A program made the position numbers and the translations under genes. From a virus (lineage: Duplodnaviria > Caudoviricetes), in IMG/VR virus record IMGVR_UViG_3300031998_000011, positions 1 through 64,000 of that record: a stretch of DNA of 64,000 bases, one strand, 5' to 3'. The notes below the pieces were generated by a model. The model searched no databases, was not told where the DNA came from, and saw only the letters and a list, made by a program, of their open reading frames with translations. Positions 56,573 through 64,000 of this stretch are shown here, piece by piece (the first letter of the stretch is position 1; every line of letters starts with the position of its first letter).

Positions 56573-57583
56573 ATGTTTAAGTTTGGCGAACCCCCGCCGC
56601 TTGATTGGCACGAGTGCCGTATACCCAAGAAGAGTGGTGGCGTAAGACTTCTGGAGATACCGTCCAAGGAACTCCGGCAAGAACAACGCCGTATCCTACA
56701 ATACTGCTACGTGTTGCGTGATGCAGGTCTTCTTCAGGTATCCAATGTGGCGCATGGGTTCTTACCCTATCGCGGCGTTCATACCGCGATTCTGAAACAC
56801 TCGTTGGAAAGCCCCGTGTTCATCTGTCTGGACGTGAAGGACTTCTTCCCGAACTGTCCGGTAGAGGTGTGCGAGGATAAGATGCGTTATGCAGGACTGT
56901 CCAGAGCATGCGTGGAATACATGATGAAATGCTGTACGTGGCAGGGACCAACCTACACGCAACGGCACTTTCCTCAAGGCTCTCCGACGAGTCCGTTCCT
57001 GACCAATATCATTATGTTCGATGTGGACTGCATGATTGCAAGCTACGCCAGGAAGAACGGGTTCCTGTACACCAGGTATGCGGACGACATCCAGTTGTCG
57101 CTGCTGCCGGGTATGCAGAACACCGACAGATTCCATGAGTTGACACGCTGTAAGGACTATCCGTTCGTGGATATCTTCTACGGCATCGAGGCAATTCTGA
57201 AGGATCACCTGGGACTGGAGCTGAAACACACCAAGGACCACGTCATCTGGCGCTGGAGCCGGTGCAAACCGCAGATGCTCGGCATTGTGCTCAGGGACGA
57301 CAACAAAGGCTACAACGCACCGAAGCGCCGGCGCCGGAATGTCCGTGCCGCGCTGCATAACCTTGCCTGGAAAATCAAGGAGAACGGTGATGTTGCGTAC
57401 GAAGAGGACATTCAACAGTGGGCTTCCATCAAGGGAAGCATCGACAACATGGACTGGATCCGGTCGTTCAGCCCCGACTATAATGCGTCGAGCGCGGACC
57501 CCATTATCCAGACCAAGTTCTACAACTATCTCAGTGAGGTAATTGATGGAGAAACTTTACAACCAGCTGTGCCAGACTGCTGA
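56573..57583 (+). CDS. Retron-type reverse transcriptase
   Basis: IPKKSGGVRLLEIP, AHGF, region-X-like AILKH, LDVKDFFP, PQGSPTSP, YTRYADD, region-Y-like MLG; 336 aa, no maturase, endonuclease or RNase H domain. Confidence 0.9.
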   Translation: MFKFGEPPPLDWHECRIPKKSGGVRLLEIPSKELRQEQRRILQYCYVLRDAGLLQVSNVAHGFLPYRGVHTAILKHSLESPVFICLDVKDFFPNCPVEVCEDKMRYAGLSRACVEYMMKCCTWQGPTYTQRHFPQGSPTSPFLTNIIMFDVDCMIASYARKNGFLYTRYADDIQLSLLPGMQNTDRFHELTRCKDYPFVDIFYGIEAILKDHLGLELKHTKDHVIWRWSRCKPQMLGIVLRDDNKGYNAPKRRRRNVRAALHNLAWKIKENGDVAYEEDIQQWASIKGSIDNMDWIRSFSPDYNASSADPIIQTKFYNYLSEVIDGETLQPAVPDC

Positions 57584-59657
57584 AAAAGCCGCCAAGGCAT
57601 ACTACGAAGCTGACAAGCCCATCATGTCCGACGCCGAGTACGACGGCATCCTCCGGCAGCTGGAACAGATCGAAAAGGAGCACCCGGAGCTGAAACGCCC
57701 TGACAGCCTGACTTCCAGAGTCGGCGGCCGGGCAGTTGAAGGCTTCCGTAAGGTACACCACGCGGACTCCAAGGTGCTGTCACTCAAGAACGCCTACAAC
57801 CAGGAAGACCTGGATGCGTTCTGCGACGGTATCGACAAGGCGTGGGAGGAGTATTATTACGGACAGGTGCATGGTCGCACAGTCCGGCAGGCGCCTTCCA
57901 TGAAGTACCTGGTGCAGCCGAAATATGACGGGCTCACGCTTCTGTGCCATTATGTGGACGGCATCCTTGTGCAGGCTCTAACCAGAGGCGACGGACTTGT
58001 CGGCGAGGACGTCACGGCGAATGCCCGCACCATTCTGGATCTGCCCCAGCTGCTGACGGACGAGCGTGTCATTGGCAAGAGCTTCTGGGCTCGTGGTGAG
58101 GTGCTCATGTTCCGTGAGGACTTCGAGCGCATCAATCGTGAATTGGAGATAGACGGTCAGCCTCCGATGGCGAACGAGCGCAACGCGGCAGCCGGATCGC
58201 TCAGGCAGAAGGACCCGAAGGTCACTGCCAAGCGCGGGTTGCACATTGTGTTCTACGACATCCACGGCATGAATCCGTTCTTCGACTATATCGAGACGGA
58301 AGAGGACGTGACGTTCTTCCTGAAGTCCATCGGGTTGCCCAGTGTATGGGACCATCAGTTCGTCGTGGAACGGCATAAGACCGGCATGCCCATCAAGGAA
58401 GCCATCATGCAGCCGTACACCGGCTATAAGATCAAGGACCTCGGTGACAGCATCACTGCGCTCAACATGGCGGTCGGCTACTTCAGTGCCAACAGGAACG
58501 CTCTTGAGTTCCGCATCGACGGCGCTGTGGTAAAAGCCAATGACCTGGGTCTCGATCTGCATGTGCTTGGCGATGCGGAGAAGTACCCGCGCTGGGCAAT
58601 CGCCTATAAGTTCGAGCAGCAGGAATATCCGACGACGCTGCGCAAGGTCGAATGGTGGGTCGGCAGAACCGGCAAGGTCACGCCTGTGGCGTTCTTCGAA
58701 CCGGTGCAGATCGACGGCACCAAGGTTGCGTTCGCTACGCTGAACAACCCGGACTACATCGCAGGGCTCGGCGGACTACACGACGGCGACGTCATCAGTG
58801 TGTACAAAGCTGCGGAGATCATACCGCAGGTGTCTGCCGTGATTACGCCGAACATGAGCAACAGACCATTCGAGACGCCTGTGCTGTGTCCGTCCTGCGG
58901 TGTCAGGCTGGAACGCAGGGGTGCCAACATGTTCTGTCCGAACCAGCTCTGCAAGCAGCGCGTTGTCGCCCAGATGTCGTACTTCGCATCCAAGCCCTGT
59001 ATGGACATAAACGGCGTTGGTCCGCGTCTGCTGGAGGAACTGGTCAGCCGGAACATCATCAGCAAGACCAGCGATCTGTATCTGCTCAGGACGACGGATC
59101 TGATGAAGATCCCCCGCATCAAGGAGAAGTCTGCCCAGAACATCGTGGACAGCATCCAGGAATCCAAGAACAGACCGTTCGACAGAGTACTCTGCAGTCT
59201 TGGGCTGACTGGAGCCGGTTCTGTTATGTGCCGTGAACTTGTCAAGCGCTACAAGGACATCAACAAATTGTTGGATGCAACCGTAGATGACTTGGCGACC
59301 GTGAAAGGCATGGGAAAGAAATCCGCGAAGGATCTCTGGGACGACCTGCACGATGATTCTATCATGCAGGAGATGGACCAGCTGATGCTGGCCGGTGTCC
59401 GCATGGTGGCTGATGAGGAACAGACTGCTACAGGTGCGCTGGAGGGCAAGGTGATCTGTATTACCGGAACGCTCACCAAGCCGCGTACATGGTACAAGGA
59501 CTTCGTACTGTCGAAAGGCGGTGCGTTCTCCGAGTCCCTGACGAAGTCTGTAACGCATCTGGTCGCCGGTGACGGCGGCGGCTCCAAGCGCAGTAAAGCT
59601 GCGAAGCTCGGAGTACCGGTCATCACAGAACAGCAGCTTATGGAGATGGCACAATGA
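57546..59657 (+). CDS. ligA: NAD-dependent DNA ligase
   Basis: YY...SDAEYD, KYDG, TRGDG..GEDVT, RNAAAGSLRQ, DGAVVK, PRWAIAYKF, Zn finger, HhH, BRCT. Confidence 0.95.
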   Translation: MEKLYNQLCQTAEKAAKAYYEADKPIMSDAEYDGILRQLEQIEKEHPELKRPDSLTSRVGGRAVEGFRKVHHADSKVLSLKNAYNQEDLDAFCDGIDKAWEEYYYGQVHGRTVRQAPSMKYLVQPKYDGLTLLCHYVDGILVQALTRGDGLVGEDVTANARTILDLPQLLTDERVIGKSFWARGEVLMFREDFERINRELEIDGQPPMANERNAAAGSLRQKDPKVTAKRGLHIVFYDIHGMNPFFDYIETEEDVTFFLKSIGLPSVWDHQFVVERHKTGMPIKEAIMQPYTGYKIKDLGDSITALNMAVGYFSANRNALEFRIDGAVVKANDLGLDLHVLGDAEKYPRWAIAYKFEQQEYPTTLRKVEWWVGRTGKVTPVAFFEPVQIDGTKVAFATLNNPDYIAGLGGLHDGDVISVYKAAEIIPQVSAVITPNMSNRPFETPVLCPSCGVRLERRGANMFCPNQLCKQRVVAQMSYFASKPCMDINGVGPRLLEELVSRNIISKTSDLYLLRTTDLMKIPRIKEKSAQNIVDSIQESKNRPFDRVLCSLGLTGAGSVMCRELVKRYKDINKLLDATVDDLATVKGMGKKSAKDLWDDLHDDSIMQEMDQLMLAGVRMVADEEQTATGALEGKVICITGTLTKPRTWYKDFVLSKGGAFSESLTKSVTHLVAGDGGGSKRSKAAKLGVPVITEQQLMEMAQ

Positions 59658-60604
59658 CAGAACCAGACATCATGGATATCGACACCGATACTCCGTCCTG
59701 CGACAGTTTCTTCATCGACCGTGACAATGACATGTTCCACATGCACGGCGGCGTCGTCACACGGGTGCTCTTCGAGAATGTTGAGGAGATGTCCATCGAG
59801 GCGCTGCGCAAGGAACTGGACACACCGCTCAAGGATGACCAGATCATGACGGTACGCAGTGCCAGTGGCAGGTACTTCCTGATGTTGCGCGGAGACAAGG
59901 TGATCAAGTACAATGGGTGTAGGTTCCAGGACTGTCTGTGCGACCAGATGCAGAAGTATCTGACGTCGAACACAGGTATCACCTATACGCCCATGAGCCA
60001 GTATCCGCTTGTTCATGCTCACATCAAAGGCACGGAGAAGCACATCACGGTGCGCGTACCGAAGCACAAGATCGTGTTCAAGGGCGACATGTATCTCGGT
60101 AACATCGAGGACGAAATCACGCTGCCTGACCTGTGGTTCTGCGCCAAGCTGAGCCTGCAGAACAGCGTGATGGATGCTCATGTGGCTATCGAGGCAGAGC
60201 AGTCCACGGACCCGAAGGAGTGCAAGCTCCGCATCCTGAGCTTCCCGAACACGTACAGCGACGGGGCTATCTGCTACGGCGGAACCAGAACCAATACGCA
60301 GTACGACACGATGACGGAAGGCATGGCGGTCGCCGGCGCGATATCCCGTCTCTTCAACAGTATCTGGAATAATCATGTGCTGAGTGCGCATGACACGTTC
60401 CTGAATAGCTGTCGCCCCATCTACGAACAGTTGCCATTGCTGGACAAGTACGAGGCGGCCATCAAGAAGTGCTCCGCGCACTCTTATGCCAGTTCCTTCC
60501 TGCGGTATCTGAGGATTCTTCACGAGCCTGACGGATACATGCGGGTGGAACAGCCGTACATGAACCAGCAGTCGGTGCTGAACGTTTACTTGTCGGGGCT
60601 GTAA
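59654..60604 (+). CDS. Prokaryotic E2-like conjugating enzyme (PRTRC protein B-like)
   Basis: LPDLWF...LSFPNTYSDGAICYG motif with putative catalytic Cys; F.S.WN. Confidence 0.7.
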   Translation: MTEPDIMDIDTDTPSCDSFFIDRDNDMFHMHGGVVTRVLFENVEEMSIEALRKELDTPLKDDQIMTVRSASGRYFLMLRGDKVIKYNGCRFQDCLCDQMQKYLTSNTGITYTPMSQYPLVHAHIKGTEKHITVRVPKHKIVFKGDMYLGNIEDEITLPDLWFCAKLSLQNSVMDAHVAIEAEQSTDPKECKLRILSFPNTYSDGAICYGGTRTNTQYDTMTEGMAVAGAISRLFNSIWNNHVLSAHDTFLNSCRPIYEQLPLLDKYEAAIKKCSAHSYASSFLRYLRILHEPDGYMRVEQPYMNQQSVLNVYLSGL

Positions 60605-60605
60605 G

Positions 60606-60857
60606 ATGAGACACGACTTCCGCAACAAGTCACCGAAGGAAAGACACTTAACTGAACGACACATCATCCAGTATGCTCAGCCGACGTATGTCTGGCATGG
60701 CACAGAAGATGAGATGAAGTTCAGGGCCGTGTTCTTTGCCTGTCATGAGGCCGCTAAGCTGCTGTGTGTACAGCATGCGGCCGACGAGCTTGTACAGCAT
60801 GCTCCTACGCCGAAGCATCCTGAGCTCGTTCACAAGATCACACAAGAAGAGCAATAA
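60606..60857 (+). CDS. Small hypothetical protein in the Ub-like operon
   Basis: 83 aa, coupled on both sides. Confidence 0.5.
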   Translation: MRHDFRNKSPKERHLTERHIIQYAQPTYVWHGTEDEMKFRAVFFACHEAAKLLCVQHAADELVQHAPTPKHPELVHKITQEEQ

Positions 60858-62281
60858 TGGAACAAATCAGAATCACAGCAAAGGGCGTCTATACGTACAT
60901 GGACGGCGAGATGATTCGAGGCTGGGAAGAGTACAAATCAGCCAAGGATCTTATCGGGTTCGTGGACAAGTTCGACGACCCTGTGCAGCCACAGCTCGAC
61001 TGGGTGGGCGGCAAGATAAGCAAGGCAGTGATAGAACCCGTACTGGGCACCATCAAGCACTATCCGAAGATGGAAACGGGATACATCCTGTGCTACAACC
61101 GCTTCACGAAGGAGTGGATGGTGAAGTGTCCGGAACAGACAGGTTCCGGCGGCGCCGTGAAGTTCAAGTTTGACAGCAGTGAGCTGCCGAAAGGATTTCT
61201 CGCGGTCGGTACCATCCATACGCACCCAGGCATGCAGGCTTTCTGGTCCGGCACGGACTTGAGAGACCAGCAGTTGTGGTACGGCATACATGTCGTGTTC
61301 GGGCTCAAGGACGGAAAGGTGGACACGCACCTGATTACCATCTTCTCGCCCAGAGGCCAGTACAACAAGCAACACGACGACCTGTTCGAGCAGGACGTTG
61401 ACTTCAAGGCAGATTGTGAGCTTAATGCCGACTGGGTGAAGACCATCGACAAGCAGTTCGCAGAGAAGCCGAAGAAAAAGAAGCCGACCGTACTGTCTGT
61501 CAGGAACATGTTCCTCGACATACCGGAACCGGATTTCAAAGTTCCGCGCAGAACAGACATCAGGCTGCCTGAGTTCGGTCACTTCCTGGTCAAAACCTAC
61601 GGATATGACCCGGATTCGATCCATGACATCTACGACAACAATGATGTCATGGAGACCGAACAGGATGTCAAGGATGCCTTCTATCAGAGCCAGGATAACT
61701 ACTTTGATGAGACTCTGCTGGGCAAGCAGTGCGCTCAGTTCTGGCGTGACGGACAGGTGCCTGACGAGCTGATGCAGATTCCGATCACGAAGAACATCGC
61801 CAGTCTGGCAGTTGTACTGCTGCGGATGTTCCCGGCTGACTGGATCCGCACTGTTCACGGAGCAGAGAACCTGAAGGCTCACGAGAACATCGTCAACGTT
61901 CTGATGCAGTACCTTCCGCCGTCCACGGTGGCGGCTATGCTGGAGGACGGCATCGAAGGCATTGGCTACGACGACGAAGAGATGTCGAATCCGTTCTGCA
62001 TCGGAATGGCGTGGTACTACGCCATGAACGTTGTACGTCAGGCTGAGGCGGTACTCAAAGAGAGCAAGCTCGAAATCAGGCTCACACCGAATGACCTGGA
62101 CCGTGTGCTCAACAGTTGCGCGGCACATGGACCGACAGGTACGAAAGACATTCCGACACTTACATGGCAGGCTATGAGCGTGCTGACCTACGTGCTGCTG
62201 CATAGGGGACATCACACCAGCGACATCTGTCTGCTGTGGGAGATATACGAACGGATGCGCAACGAAAAGAGGATCTGGTAA
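60857..62281 (+). CDS. JAB/MPN+ metallopeptidase with C-terminal extension
   Basis: E...GTIHTHPGMQAFWSGTD JAMM motif (HxH-x7-S-x2-D). Confidence 0.85.
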   Translation: MEQIRITAKGVYTYMDGEMIRGWEEYKSAKDLIGFVDKFDDPVQPQLDWVGGKISKAVIEPVLGTIKHYPKMETGYILCYNRFTKEWMVKCPEQTGSGGAVKFKFDSSELPKGFLAVGTIHTHPGMQAFWSGTDLRDQQLWYGIHVVFGLKDGKVDTHLITIFSPRGQYNKQHDDLFEQDVDFKADCELNADWVKTIDKQFAEKPKKKKPTVLSVRNMFLDIPEPDFKVPRRTDIRLPEFGHFLVKTYGYDPDSIHDIYDNNDVMETEQDVKDAFYQSQDNYFDETLLGKQCAQFWRDGQVPDELMQIPITKNIASLAVVLLRMFPADWIRTVHGAENLKAHENIVNVLMQYLPPSTVAAMLEDGIEGIGYDDEEMSNPFCIGMAWYYAMNVVRQAEAVLKESKLEIRLTPNDLDRVLNSCAAHGPTGTKDIPTLTWQAMSVLTYVLLHRGHHTSDICLLWEIYERMRNEKRIW

Positions 62282-63208
62282 ATGCTGAACATCTACGTCA
62301 TCGGGTGCGGTGGCATCGGTGGGTATTTGCTGGATCTCTTGCCGGAGACGTTCGGGAGCCTGCTCCTGGACTCGATGGAGAAAGGACTCGCGGAGTCCGC
62401 TTTCACCAAGCACCTTGAATCGTTCGGAAGCGAGGTCGTTCCGCAGCTTGTGGACCGGCTTGTGCTTATCGACGGAGACGATTTCTCACCCAGGAATGCG
62501 CTGAGGCAGGGTTATGGCACAGGCAATAAGCTGCAGACCCGCATCGACGATTTCCTTGAGAAGATCGACAAGAAAGCCATACGGCGTACGTATCTGCGCC
62601 TGATGGATGTAATCGGTTACAATCAGTATCTCGCGCCCTGGAACATGCCGGCGATCATTCCGAAGAAGCCGCCGGAGAACATCAACAACCAGGGCGGGAT
62701 ATTCACAGATACGAATAGCACACAGAAGTCAATCGAAGGCCTCAGCTATCCTGGTGGCAGAGATGTGACTGTTGTGTTCGTTTGTGTGGACAATCATAAG
62801 ACTCGCTACGAGGTCAGTCGTTATGCCGAAGAGTTCGACAACATCGTCGTCATCAATGGCGGCAATGAGAAAACGACTGGCAACGTCACTATCTACGAAA
62901 GGCGGGACGGGGTCGCATTGGATCCCAATCTGCCGGACGTCTATACCGAGATTACACCTGATGCGGACTTGCGTCCGGATGAGACGGACCCTTGCACGCA
63001 CGTCTCTCCCAAGCACGATCAGGTGGCTGTCACGAATAATATCGTGGCTGCTCTCATGCTGAAGGTGTTCACCATCTGGTTCCGCACAGGGATGAACATC
63101 TACGGTCCGGGCAAGAACCAGCGCCGGAACGAAGTATTACTGGACCTGGATACATTAGAAATGTTCCCGGTCTATCACCCACCACGCAAACAACCGAAAG
63201 GCTCATAA
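62282..63208 (+). CDS. ThiF/E1-like activating enzyme
   Basis: IGCGGIGG, LIDGD, N..RQ, K, CVDN..TR, and C-terminal 'PCT...Q...TN' putative catalytic Cys. Confidence 0.85.
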   Translation: MLNIYVIGCGGIGGYLLDLLPETFGSLLLDSMEKGLAESAFTKHLESFGSEVVPQLVDRLVLIDGDDFSPRNALRQGYGTGNKLQTRIDDFLEKIDKKAIRRTYLRLMDVIGYNQYLAPWNMPAIIPKKPPENINNQGGIFTDTNSTQKSIEGLSYPGGRDVTVVFVCVDNHKTRYEVSRYAEEFDNIVVINGGNEKTTGNVTIYERRDGVALDPNLPDVYTEITPDADLRPDETDPCTHVSPKHDQVAVTNNIVAALMLKVFTIWFRTGMNIYGPGKNQRRNEVLLDLDTLEMFPVYHPPRKQPKGS

Positions 63209-63209
63209 C

Positions 63210-63614
63210 ATGAGTATCAACGTGAGTGCCCTGGTCTTCTCCTCCAGGGATCTTCAGAACATCAACGTCGATGACGGCATGACCGTCGGCGAGTTCCGCA
63301 ATTTCTGCTATGGCGCAGGCTACGATGTGGTCGGCGCACGCACCCGCTTTGTCCGCAACGGCAAGATCCATATCGGCCGCGTTGATCCTGTCAGACTGCA
63401 GGAAGACGACCAGGTCTGGTTCGAGACCGAGAACGTGGTCGGCGGCCGCAAGGTCGTCTACAACGGTCAGAAGACCGCCACGTGCGGATGCTGCTGCGGT
63501 ACCAAGCAGGCAACCAACGCAGAAAGCCTTGAGAAGGCGGCCATCCGTTCCATGATTGGCAGCCTCCAGGACGCCATCAATGACCTCAATGCACGTCTCA
63601 GCACCCTTCGCTGA
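63210..63614 (+). CDS. Ubiquitin-like beta-grasp protein with internal GG and C-terminal extension
   Basis: INVDDGMTVGEF...NG...LQEDDQVWF..NVVGG followed by ~55 aa (CGCCC plus coiled coil). Confidence 0.75.
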   Translation: MSINVSALVFSSRDLQNINVDDGMTVGEFRNFCYGAGYDVVGARTRFVRNGKIHIGRVDPVRLQEDDQVWFETENVVGGRKVVYNGQKTATCGCCCGTKQATNAESLEKAAIRSMIGSLQDAINDLNARLSTLR

Positions 63615-63671
63615 ATCTGAAACACTCAATGACATAACAGCCGCTATAGTAAGGCGGCAGGAGAAATCTAT

Positions 63672-64000
63672 ATGAAGACTATCACCATCAACAGCAGCAA
63701 CGCCACCCGCGAGTTCGAAGCCAGCGACCTCGATACCGTCAACACCATCCTCGATCACGCCGAGACCCGGAAGTTCTTCGGCTTCGATGAATACAACAAG
63801 GACGAGGCCTATTCCGTTCTGGTCAGCCATGTCACGACCATCGAGAACGGCAAGGACAACTTCAACCTCGCCAACATGTCCGAGGGCTTCAAGAAGGCGA
63901 TCCTCAACGGCGTCCTCGAAGACGGCGCCGTCATCAACATCGACTACTTCAGCGCCGAGGACAACGACGGCAACCAGGTCGATCAGGACGATACCGCCGA
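63672..64000 (+). CDS. 5' part of a gene with a probable second Ub-like domain (runs off the window)
   Basis: AGGAG RBS; MKTITIN...REFE...DTVNTIL...LEDGAVINI; strongly biased codons; no stop before 64000. Confidence 0.5.
   Translation, partial: MKTITINSSNATREFEASDLDTVNTILDHAETRKFFGFDEYNKDEAYSVLVSHVTTIENGKDNFNLANMSEGFKKAILNGVLEDGAVINIDYFSAEDNDGNQVDQDDTA

Noticed and set aside
56573-57583. RT as part of a DGR or group II intron
   Set aside because: I saw no TR/VR pair with adenine-specific mismatches and no avd-like gene. The protein lacks maturase and endonuclease domains, no intron domain V flanks it, and its motifs are retron-like
37986-63830. Long antisense ORFs (e.g. 48858-50330, 52153-53205, 59249-60667, 60938-62413)
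   Set aside because: They are shadows of well-supported plus-strand genes with biased codon usage and contain no recognisable motifs
1-64000. Stop-codon reassignment as seen in some large phages
   Set aside because: Conserved genes are full length and tightly packed under the standard code, and no suppressor tRNA was found

Overview
This window looks like part of a large or jumbo tailed-phage genome in the standard genetic code; the host cannot be determined. In order it carries: virion tail/baseplate genes and a repeat-rich tail fibre (1-11.7 kb); hypothetical genes; a ~5.2 kb non-coding RNA region (16.0-21.2 kb) of tRNAs, aberrant tRNA-like RNAs and a hairpin array; a large terminase on the minus strand; a run of small paralogous accessory genes (24-37.5 kb); a replication/recombination cluster (SbcD, SbcC, SF2 helicase, DnaB-like helicase, primase, family A DNA polymerase, RecA-like, NAD ligase) containing a retron-type reverse transcriptase; and an E2-JAB-E1-Ubl ubiquitin-like conjugation operon. 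The main discovery is a tandem array of 10 retron-like msr/msd units at 18804-21230. Each unit is closed by its own 6-9 nt inverted repeat with opposing G residues (A/A in unit 10), has an invariant YG-NTN-CG triloop hairpin, and carries a different long hairpin. The only RT in the window lies ~35 kb away with no recognisable adjacent ncRNA. This suggests one phage RT acting in trans on a library of templates to make many different msDNAs (inference). All calls come from reading motifs by eye; no database searches or folding programs were run.
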